Of a stretch of DNA of 64,000 bases, positions 8,467-15,544 are shown one piece after another. The stretch comes from Pseudomonadota bacterium (GTDB lineage: Bacteria > Pseudomonadota > Alphaproteobacteria > Sphingomonadales > SMXR01). Numbering within the stretch: the first letter of the stretch is position 1; the number at the start of each line of letters is the position of its first letter. The stretch is taken from contig JACZSK010000006.1 of NCBI GenBank assembly GCA_022574255.1, forward strand, positions 811 through 64,810. Reading direction: 5' to 3'. The notes under the pieces were generated by a model, which did not search any database, was not told where the DNA came from, and saw nothing but the letters and a program-made list of their open reading frames with translations. The position numbers and the translations under genes are program-made.

Positions 8467-8877
8467 TTACTTCGCCCGGCCTGTGAGCTTTTCGAAAGTG
8501 CGCAGGCCACCGAGGCCGAGGAGAGCCAGGACCAGCTCCAGCATATTGTCGGTGGCGATTGCCGGCGGCGTGACAGCCAGGCCCCGTACCGCCACAACCC
8601 ATTCGAAAATGGGATGGCCGAGAAAGGCCCAGCCCAGCCCCAGCCCACAGACCCAGCCGATGAAGGGCCGCCAGCCGGCGACGAACAGCGAGCGATGGCC
8701 GGCCTCCAGCCGATTGATTTCAGCCTGCAGGATATGCGGCCGCTGGCGCACCTTTTCCAGCACCAGCGCCGCCTGGGCGCGCTCTTCGTCGGAGGTGAAC
8801 AGCTTGTCGAAGGCGTTGCCCAGCGCCCCGACCGCATCGCCCGCGGCGCCGCCAACAATACTGGCCAGAAAACCCAT
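8467..8877 (-). CDS. 3TM holin of the gene-transfer-agent/phage type (GTA_holin_3TM-like)
   Basis: Charged N-terminal helix (LFTSDEERAQAAL), the motif EAGHRSLFVAGWRPFIGWVCG, and three hydrophobic segments. Family assignment is from memory, not from a search. Start at ATG 8877. Confidence 0.55.
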   Translation of the reverse strand: MGFLASIVGGAAGDAVGALGNAFDKLFTSDEERAQAALVLEKVRQRPHILQAEINRLEAGHRSLFVAGWRPFIGWVCGLGLGWAFLGHPIFEWVVAVRGLAVTPPAIATDNMLELVLALLGLGGLRTFEKLTGRAK

Positions 8878-8928
8878 GTGATTCTCCCTCTTCCTTTCGC
8901 CGTTGTGGCACAGGCCGCGCCAGACCAC

Positions 8929-8952
8929 GAAAAAGACCCGCGCGATTGCGGG
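8929..8952 (-). terminator. candidate intrinsic terminator downstream of the AI-2E transporter gene
   Basis: Minus strand reads CCCGC-aatcgc-GCGGG followed by TCTTTTTC. The stem is short (5 bp), so this is tentative. Confidence 0.4.
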
Positions 8953-9038
8953 CCCTGGATAACTGATCTCAATAAACTGTCGATATGGTTATTCGTATAC
9001 GGCAACTAACCAAATAGTCACATTTCCAGGCGGATTTG

Positions 9039-10112
9039 TCAAGCCTTATCGGCTTGCGGCGGGGCCGCCAGATGGGCGCGCCAGGCCTTGGTGACGGCAT
9101 GGGCAAGCGTGGCCAGCGGAATGGCGAAAAACACCCCCCAGATGCCCCAGATGCCGCCGAAAATAAGAATAGCCAGAATGATGGCGTTGGGGTGCAGTTT
9201 GACCACCTCGGAAAACAGCAGCGGCACCAGCACGTAGCCATCCAGCGCCTGCAAAACCAGATAGGCGACAAGCGCCACGACAAACTCGTGGCCGGTGCCC
9301 CATTGAATATAGGCGACAAAAGCGACCGGCAACGTAATCACCGCGGCGCCGATATAGGGAATGATCACCGACAGCCCGGTGAGCAGCGCCAGGAACGCCG
9401 CAAAGCGCAAATCCAGAACCATGTAAAGCGCCCAGGAGGAAAACCCGACAATGAATATTTCATAGACCTTGCCGCGGGCATAGTCGCCAGTGCGCTGCAT
9501 AACCTCGGCCCAGACCTCTTTCACCAGGCTGCGCTCAGCGGGAAGGTAGGCGCCCAGCCAGCGCAGGATCAGGGCTCTGTCTTTCATGAAGAAAAAGGCC
9601 ATCACCGGCACCAGGATGACATAGACGACGATGGAAATGAGGGTGATGATGACCCCGGGTGAAGAGGCCAGAAAGCCCCGCGCCTCGGTCTGCAACCCGG
9701 TTCCTATCTGGGCCAGCATGCTTTCCATCTGCGTCTCGTTGATCCACCCCGGGAACGCCTCCGACAAATTAATCGCCGCAACCTGTGCCTGCTCAAGCAT
9801 GGTCGGCAGTAAAACAAAAAACTGCGTGAACTGGTTTTTGATGGGCGGAAGAATGGTGAAAAAGGCGACAAAGGATATTGTCACGAAGGTGACAAATACC
9901 ACGCTTACCGCCAGCAGATTCGACATCCCGCGGGCGCGCAGCCAACTCGCCGGCCCGTCGAGCAGAAAGGCGATGACCAGAGCCGCGATGGCCGGGGCCA
10001 CCATGTCGCCAAGAAGGATAATGCCGGCCAGGGCGCCGAGCAGAAGCAGGGCCAGCAGAACAAGCTGCGGGTCTGATATTTGGCGTTTAAACCAGTCGGT
10101 GACGAGATTCAT
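9039..10112 (-). CDS. AI-2E family transporter (PerM/YhhT-like, UPF0118)
   Basis: 357-aa polytopic membrane protein with the family-typical layout and C-terminal region (IFGGIWGIWGVFFAIPLA). Confidence 0.8.
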   Translation of the reverse strand: MNLVTDWFKRQISDPQLVLLALLLLGALAGIILLGDMVAPAIAALVIAFLLDGPASWLRARGMSNLLAVSVVFVTFVTISFVAFFTILPPIKNQFTQFFVLLPTMLEQAQVAAINLSEAFPGWINETQMESMLAQIGTGLQTEARGFLASSPGVIITLISIVVYVILVPVMAFFFMKDRALILRWLGAYLPAERSLVKEVWAEVMQRTGDYARGKVYEIFIVGFSSWALYMVLDLRFAAFLALLTGLSVIIPYIGAAVITLPVAFVAYIQWGTGHEFVVALVAYLVLQALDGYVLVPLLFSEVVKLHPNAIILAILIFGGIWGIWGVFFAIPLATLAHAVTKAWRAHLAAPPQADKA

Positions 10113-10238
10113 GGGAGCGTTCCGGGCAAGATGGAAAATAACCGAGGGTATTCATAGACCCAAATCGTGGCGCCGTCACCCGTCAGCACCGGGCAGGTCT
10201 GCGGCGCGACGCCCTGATCTGCCGCTACGGGAAAAATT

Positions 10239-10727
10239 CTATGATATCGCCAGCAGTTCGACTTTGAAAATCAGGGTTGCGCCGGGGGGGATCGCATCGC
10301 CCGCGCCCTCGTCTCCGTAGGCAATGGAAGCGGGTATGGAGATCTCCCATATGGAACCCACCTGCATCAGGATCAGCGCTTCGGTCCAGCCCTTGATGAC
10401 ATCGTCAATGCCAAAATTGGTGGGCTTGCCGCGCTCGTAGGATGAATCGAAAATCGTGCCGTCAACAAGGCGCCCTTCATAATGAACCACCACTGTCGAG
10501 GTCAGCTCGGGAAGATCGCCGGTCCCCCTTGTTATGATTCTGATCTGCAGCCCGCTGGGACGAACGATTATGCCCTCTCTTTTGGCGTTTTCCTGCAGAT
10601 AAAGAATATCGGGATCGGTGGCCCCGCTGTCAGCGCCCTCTTGTGCCCGGACGGCGGCGGAACAGAGGCTGACAGCCAGCAGCATGCCGACAAGTCGCGC
10701 CCCCGGATTTCTGCAGATTTCAAACAT
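10239..10727 (-). CDS. FKBP-type peptidyl-prolyl cis-trans isomerase, exported
   Basis: FKBP core (VVVHYEGRLVDGTIFDSSYERGKP..FGIDDVIKGWTEAL..PPGATLIFKVELL) with a signal peptide. Start at internal ATG 10727; the longer ORF runs through an intergenic repeat array. Confidence 0.85.
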   Translation of the reverse strand: MFEICRNPGARLVGMLLAVSLCSAAVRAQEGADSGATDPDILYLQENAKREGIIVRPSGLQIRIITRGTGDLPELTSTVVVHYEGRLVDGTIFDSSYERGKPTNFGIDDVIKGWTEALILMQVGSIWEISIPASIAYGDEGAGDAIPPGATLIFKVELLAIS

Positions 10728-10882
10728 GTTGTTTTCTCCCGAACAACCGCGCCTTTGAGAGCAATACCAGGAATTTCCCACGATCACCGGCGCACAGACT
10801 ATCGCCGGAGCAGAAAATCGCAAGCCCCCTGATCGCTCATTCCATGTGCCCCCTGCCAGGGTTGCGGTCAACCGCCAGCCAA

Positions 10883-10924
10883 AACAGCGGCCAGAACAAT
10901 TGTCGGAACAGCGGCCAGAACAAT
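10883..10924. repeat. 18-bp direct repeat AACAGCGGCCAGAACAAT x2, 24-bp period
   Basis: Copies at 10883-10900 and 10907-10924, read directly. Intergenic, upstream of the Hpt gene. Confidence 0.75.
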
Positions 10925-10965
10925 CACCAGAACAACAAACCTCCCTCTGGCCGACCCCGCCGCGG

Positions 10966-11021
10966 CCTGATAACCTGACCCTGATAACCCGGCCCTGATA
11001 ACCAGGACCTGATAAATAACG
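10966..11021. repeat. 14-bp-period array of four CCTGATAA(C/A) cores
   Basis: Cores start at 10966, 10980, 10994 and 11008, spaced exactly 14 bp apart. The array ends about 20 bp before the Hpt RBS/ATG. Confidence 0.75.
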
Positions 11022-11038
11022 CAGACAGAAAGGAGCAA

Positions 11039-11413
11039 ATGCGCGCAGTGCCAATTGATGCCAGTATTGATATATCCGCGACCGAAGCTTTGCGGCATGA
11101 CGTGGGCGACGACGCCTTCCAGCGCCTCGTCGGCATATTCGCCCAGGAGTGCGACAGAAATTGCCGGGAAATACGCCAGTTTCTGAAAAAACAGGATTTA
11201 GCGGGCAGCGAAATCGTCGCCCACAGGTTTAAAAGCACCGCGCGGCAGTTTGGCGCCAACGGTCTGGCTGAAGTCTGCCAGCAGCTGGAAAGCGCCTGCG
11301 CCACCGGGCAGGGCGATGAAGCCCATGAGCTGTTTGATGCGTTGGCGCTTGTTACGCCGCTGATTCTTGGCAATCTGAATGATGCAACGGGTGGCGCGCT
11401 GAAAAGCGGCTGA
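11039..11413 (+). CDS. histidine phosphotransfer (Hpt) domain protein, LuxU-like
   Basis: 124 aa with the Hpt motif HRFKSTARQFGA and predicted helical character. AGGAG RBS upstream. Confidence 0.7.
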   Translation: MRAVPIDASIDISATEALRHDVGDDAFQRLVGIFAQECDRNCREIRQFLKKQDLAGSEIVAHRFKSTARQFGANGLAEVCQQLESACATGQGDEAHELFDALALVTPLILGNLNDATGGALKSG

Positions 11414-11415
11414 AG

Positions 11416-12807
11416 CTACGCGGAATCCTTTTCCTCCCGCTGTTTCCAGGACTGAATTTTCCGATAAATTGTCGATGGGCTGATTTCCAGCCGCGCCGCG
11501 GCATTCTGGATATTACCCCCGCATGCCTCGATTGTGTTCTCAATGGCGCTCCGCTCGATCTTCCATAGCGGGCCCGTGCTCTGCGGCGACGCCGGGCGGT
11601 TGCCGCCGTCTTCCTTTGGCCTGATGACCGCGCCCCCCATGGAATGGCGCAGCATAGCGGCATCGATCAGATCACCCTGGTGCAGCACCACCGCGCTCTG
11701 CACCACGTTTTCCAGCTCCCGCACATTCCCGGGCCAGTCGAAGGTCAATAACAGCCGCACGGCGTCTTCCGAGAAATCACTGAAATTTTTGTTCTCTTCC
11801 TCGGAAAACCGCCGCAGGAAATAGCGCGCCGTCAGCACAACATCTTCGCGGCGTTCCCTGAGGGTCGGCATCTGGATGGGAATAACATGCAGCCGATAGT
11901 AAAGGTCCTCGCGAAAACGGCCGGCGGCAATTTCCTCAAGCGGCGTCCGGTTGGTCGAGCACATAAAGCGAATGTCGACAGGGCGCGCCTCGTCTTCGCC
12001 AACCTTTTGCACGGTGCCGGTCTGGATAAAGCGTAACAGTTTTGACTGCAGCGCCAGATCCATTTCGCTGATTTCGTCGAGAAAGAGCGTGCCGCCACCA
12101 GCCCTGAGAGCTGCGCCCTCGCGGTGTTCCAGGGCACCGGTAAAGGCGCCTTTGCGATGGCCAAAAATTTCGCTCTCCATCAGCTCCTTGGGGATCGCCG
12201 CACAGTTCAGCGCCACAAAAGGCTTGTCCCGGCGCGCGCTCAAGCGGTGAATCGTCTCGGTGCAGAGCTCCTTTCCGGTCCCCGATTCTCCGACCACGAA
12301 AACCGATGCCTTGGTGGTCGCGGCAGCTTCGATCGTTCGATAGACCATCTGCATCGCAACACTTTGTCCGATAAAGGGTCCAAAACGATCCCGGTCAAAG
12401 TCGCTGGCCGGCGATTTCGCCGAACGAATAAGCTGCTGTCGCTCAAGCGCGTTGCGCACGATGACGCGCAGGCGGCTTCCGTCAAATGGCTTTACCAGAA
12501 AATCGCTGGCACCTTCGCGCATGGCTTCAACGGCATTGGCGACCGACCCGTGCGCGGTGATCACCACCACCTTTGACGCCTGGGACCGGCGGCTCATCGC
12601 CTTGAGTATCTCGCTGCCGTCCATGTCGGGAAGCTTGAGATCCAGCAAAACCAGCTCCGGCGAGTTCTCCGCCAACTCGGCAAGAGCTTCAGCGCCCGTG
12701 GTCACATGCGTCACTCTCACCTTCAGCGAGCGCAGATATTCCTTATAGGTCTCGCCCAGCGTCACGCTGTCTTCGACCAGGAGTATATTTGTGCCGTTTT
12801 TTGTCAT
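11416..12807 (-). CDS. sigma-54-dependent response regulator (NtrC family, LuxO-like)
   Basis: Receiver domain (LLDLKLPDMDG), AAA+ module with GESGTGKE and the sigma-54 contact loop GAFTGA, and a C-terminal Fis-type HTH. The receiver/linker closely resembles Vibrio LuxO as recalled. Confidence 0.9.
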   Translation of the reverse strand: MTKNGTNILLVEDSVTLGETYKEYLRSLKVRVTHVTTGAEALAELAENSPELVLLDLKLPDMDGSEILKAMSRRSQASKVVVITAHGSVANAVEAMREGASDFLVKPFDGSRLRVIVRNALERQQLIRSAKSPASDFDRDRFGPFIGQSVAMQMVYRTIEAAATTKASVFVVGESGTGKELCTETIHRLSARRDKPFVALNCAAIPKELMESEIFGHRKGAFTGALEHREGAALRAGGGTLFLDEISEMDLALQSKLLRFIQTGTVQKVGEDEARPVDIRFMCSTNRTPLEEIAAGRFREDLYYRLHVIPIQMPTLRERREDVVLTARYFLRRFSEEENKNFSDFSEDAVRLLLTFDWPGNVRELENVVQSAVVLHQGDLIDAAMLRHSMGGAVIRPKEDGGNRPASPQSTGPLWKIERSAIENTIEACGGNIQNAAARLEISPSTIYRKIQSWKQREEKDSA

Positions 12808-12837
12808 CTACCCTTCAGCATATCACGCTTGGCTTTC

Positions 12838-12855
12838 GCGCGGAAATTCCCGCGC
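12838..12855. promoter_or_regulatory. 18-bp near-perfect palindrome GCGCGGAAATTCCCGCGC (candidate activator or autoregulatory site)
   Basis: 8 of 9 base pairs are symmetric. It lies 31 bp upstream of the activator ATG and about 135 bp upstream of the -24/-12-like element. Confidence 0.3.
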
Positions 12856-12971
12856 CTTCAGGATAATAGCGATTTTGCGGCAATCCACACGTCTTTCTCT
12901 TTATTCCCCCCATTCGCTCGCCGGCCTGTGATCGGGGATAATTTACCGGTAATGGGCATTTTTCGGGTTGC

Positions 12972-12987
12972 AGGCGCCAAATTTGCT
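12972..12987 (+). promoter_or_regulatory. candidate sigma-54 (-24/-12) promoter upstream of the PilZ gene
   Basis: AGGCGCCAAATTTGCT has GG and GC spaced exactly as in TGGCAC-N5-TTGC, and the TTGCT block is intact. It sits about 40 bp upstream of ATG 13027. Confidence 0.35.
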
Positions 12988-13026
12988 TTATAAAGCCAGC
13001 TAGCAGTTGCTACGGGAGTAACCAAC

Positions 13027-13350
13027 ATGGGAAGCGAGAGCCGCACCGCGCCAAGGCGTGCCGTTCTATGGTCTGGAAACCTGGAATTCGGCGAATATGT
13101 GTTCGATTGCCAGATCTGGAATATATCGCTCGGCGGCGCGAAAATAAGAGTTGGCCTGCCACTTCTGGCCGGCTCGGAAATTCAGCTTTCGCTTGACCGC
13201 TACGGAAACTTCCGGGGTGTGGTCATGTGGAATGTCGACGGCAATCTGGGTCTGAAATTTGAAGCGGACGCAGATATCATTCGCGAGACCTTTGGCGATT
13301 CCATTGTCAAGCTGGGGCTGGAGGAAGAGGATCTCGCGGCCGACGCCTAG
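13027..13350 (+). CDS. PilZ domain protein (putative c-di-GMP receptor)
   Basis: RxxxR (RTAPR) and N-x-S-x-x-G (NISLGG) motifs at the expected spacing; 107 aa. Confidence 0.75.
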   Translation: MGSESRTAPRRAVLWSGNLEFGEYVFDCQIWNISLGGAKIRVGLPLLAGSEIQLSLDRYGNFRGVVMWNVDGNLGLKFEADADIIRETFGDSIVKLGLEEEDLAADA

Positions 13351-13541
13351 GATATGGACCCCGACAGCGCAGCGGCGATAACCGTAGCCCACACCCGTAT
13401 TTCGTCTCTCTCAGGGAAGCACTCCTTGAGGCAAGCATTGGCCGTAGTGTCCTGGGGCGTCGCGCCCCGCAATGTCATTCAGCCGGGGTTAAGCCGTTTG
13501 GCGGTATTTTCGCGCTGCCGGAACAAACAGAGGCAACGGTA

Positions 13542-13964
13542 GTGAGCTATTCCAGATCAGGGTTTTTTGCCTGCGCGGCGCGGATTGCGCTGGTATCGCT
13601 GATTGCGGGAGCGAGTGCGGCGCCAGCCAGGGCTCAGACCGATGCGCCCCCTGACCCCGCCAGCCAGCCGGGCGCGGGGCTTTTGTGCGTTACCCTGAAC
13701 ACCATAACCAATGGCGAGATATTGAACGGGCATGAAATGCGCTTCGAGCTGCGCGACGGCACAAAATTGCTGGCGACATTGGCGCGCGACTGCCCGCAGC
13801 TCAAATTTCATGATCGCTTCAGCTACCAGGCGGTTGCCGGGCGGCTTTGCGCGGGCGAGGGCCACATTGTCGCGCGCAGCGGCGAAGCCTGCATGATAAG
13901 CTCGTTTTCGCTGGCCCTCGCGCCAACCGACCCGCCAGACAACCGCTCTGTCGAACCGCAATAA
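13542..13964 (+). CDS. exported cysteine-containing hypothetical protein
   Basis: GTG start, signal peptide ending APARAQ, several Cys residues. The stop abuts the pyrD ATG. No family recognised. Confidence 0.5.
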   Translation: MSYSRSGFFACAARIALVSLIAGASAAPARAQTDAPPDPASQPGAGLLCVTLNTITNGEILNGHEMRFELRDGTKLLATLARDCPQLKFHDRFSYQAVAGRLCAGEGHIVARSGEACMISSFSLALAPTDPPDNRSVEPQ

Positions 13965-15053
13965 ATGCCCTACCGATTGATCCACGGATTATTGATGGCG
14001 CTGCCGCCCGAGACAGCCCATGGGGCGACCATTACCGCCCTGCGTCTGGGCGCCAGCCATCTGTTTCCAAAATCTCCAGACGAGCCATTGCTGGCATGCC
14101 GCGTCATGGGGCTGAATTTCTCCAGCCCCCTGGGGCTGGCCGCCGGGTTCGACAAGAACGCTCAAGTGCCTGACGCCGTCCTGCGGCTGGGCTTTGGTTT
14201 TGTCGAGGTTGGCACCCTGACACCGCGCCCGCAGGGGGGAAACCCGCGGCCGCGGCTTTTCCGGTTGCGCGGCGACCGGGCGATAATCAACCGCATGGGT
14301 TTTAACAATAGCGGCGCCACCCTGGCCGCCCGGCGGCTGGCGGCGCGGCGCTCCGGAAAAGGTATTGTGGGAATCAATCTTGGCGCCAACAAGGACAGCA
14401 ACGACCGCATCGCCGACTATGCCCTGGCGGCCGGGGCCTTGCGCGGTCTGGGCGATTATTATGTGATCAATGTATCATCACCGAACACGCCGGGCCTGCG
14501 CGCGCTTCAGGGAAGCGCCGCGCTGGAGGAAATAATATCCGCTGTGCGCGCCGCCCTGGGAGAAAAATTGCCCGGCGAAAATTCCACGCCGCGGCCGCCT
14601 TTGCTGGTGAAGGTTTCCCCCGACCTGACCGCCGGCGAGCGCCGGGTGCTGGCCACCAGCCTGCTGGATATGGATATCGACGGTTTGATCGTCTCGAACA
14701 CTACGCTTTCCCGGCCGGAGAGCCTCGGGAGCAAGGCCCGGGACGAAGAAGGCGGGCTAAGCGGGGCGCCGCTTTTTGATCTGGCGACCGAGAGCCTCAG
14801 CGATTTTTATCGCCTGACCGAGGGTAAATTACCGCTGATCGGTGTTGGCGGAATATCCTCGGGCGAGGATGCCTATGCCAGGATTCGCGCCGGGGCATCA
14901 TTGGTGCAATTATACACGGCGATGGTTTATGAGGGGCCGGGGCTGGTGCGGCGCGTCCGGCGGGAGCTGGTGGATTGTCTTAAAAAAGATGGCTTTAAAA
15001 ATGTGAGCGAGGCGGTAGGGGCGGCCCACCGGCAAGTCGCCAACCATCAATAA
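13965..15053 (+). CDS. pyrD: dihydroorotate dehydrogenase (quinone), class 2
   Basis: 362 aa with the class 2 N-terminal membrane-association region and motifs GFVEVGTLTP, NRMGFNN and INVSSPNTPGLR. Confidence 0.9.
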   Translation: MPYRLIHGLLMALPPETAHGATITALRLGASHLFPKSPDEPLLACRVMGLNFSSPLGLAAGFDKNAQVPDAVLRLGFGFVEVGTLTPRPQGGNPRPRLFRLRGDRAIINRMGFNNSGATLAARRLAARRSGKGIVGINLGANKDSNDRIADYALAAGALRGLGDYYVINVSSPNTPGLRALQGSAALEEIISAVRAALGEKLPGENSTPRPPLLVKVSPDLTAGERRVLATSLLDMDIDGLIVSNTTLSRPESLGSKARDEEGGLSGAPLFDLATESLSDFYRLTEGKLPLIGVGGISSGEDAYARIRAGASLVQLYTAMVYEGPGLVRRVRRELVDCLKKDGFKNVSEAVGAAHRQVANHQ

Positions 15054-15076
15054 AGTTCAGCAAAGGATACAGCAAC

Positions 15077-15424
15077 ATGACCGTTACCATCTGGCACAAC
15101 CCCAAATGCAGCAAATCGCGCGCCACCCTGGCGCTTCTTGAGGAGCGCGGCATTGCGCCTGAAATCCTGCGTTATCTGGAAGAGCCGCCGCTGGCCGACG
15201 AAATTGCGCGTGTCCTGGGCCTCTTGGGCCGCAGCCCCCGGGAGTTGATGCGCACCGGCGAAGATGCCTACAAAGATCAGCGGCTGGGAGATGCCGGCCT
15301 CAGTGATTCGGCGCTTATTGAGGCCATGGCCGCAACACCGAAACTGATCGAAAGACCGGTAGTGATCAATGGCGACAAGGCAGCGGTTGGGCGGCCACCG
15401 GAATCAGTTCTGGACATCCTCTGA
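15077..15424 (+). CDS. arsC: arsenate reductase, glutaredoxin-dependent ArsC family
   Basis: IWHNPKCSKSR catalytic-Cys region and a C-terminal RPPESVLDIL, which parallels E. coli ArsC as recalled. Confidence 0.8.
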   Translation: MTVTIWHNPKCSKSRATLALLEERGIAPEILRYLEEPPLADEIARVLGLLGRSPRELMRTGEDAYKDQRLGDAGLSDSALIEAMAATPKLIERPVVINGDKAAVGRPPESVLDIL

Positions 15425-15544
15425 ATCAAACCCGCGCGAGGACCCGTCCCTTCCCCGCGAAAAGGCTGGAAGTCCTGTGAAAACAGGGATATATGGCAAA
15501 GAAACGCCCTGACCGGCAGGAAAAAGCACCGGGGGAATGACGCC

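Noticed and set aside
8467-9038. Prophage or GTA structural cluster around the holin
   Set aside because: The flanking genes are cysK and an AI-2E transporter. There are no capsid, tail, terminase, endolysin or integrase genes within the window.
9039-10112. Functional link between the AI-2E family transporter and the LuxO-like regulator
   Set aside because: The family name is historical and most members are not autoinducer exporters. The genes are separated by unrelated genes and are on no common operon.
10728-11054. Upstream extension of the FKBP ORF
   Set aside because: The extension reads through the intergenic 14-bp and 24-bp repeat arrays. The signal peptide and FKBP domain begin at ATG 10727.
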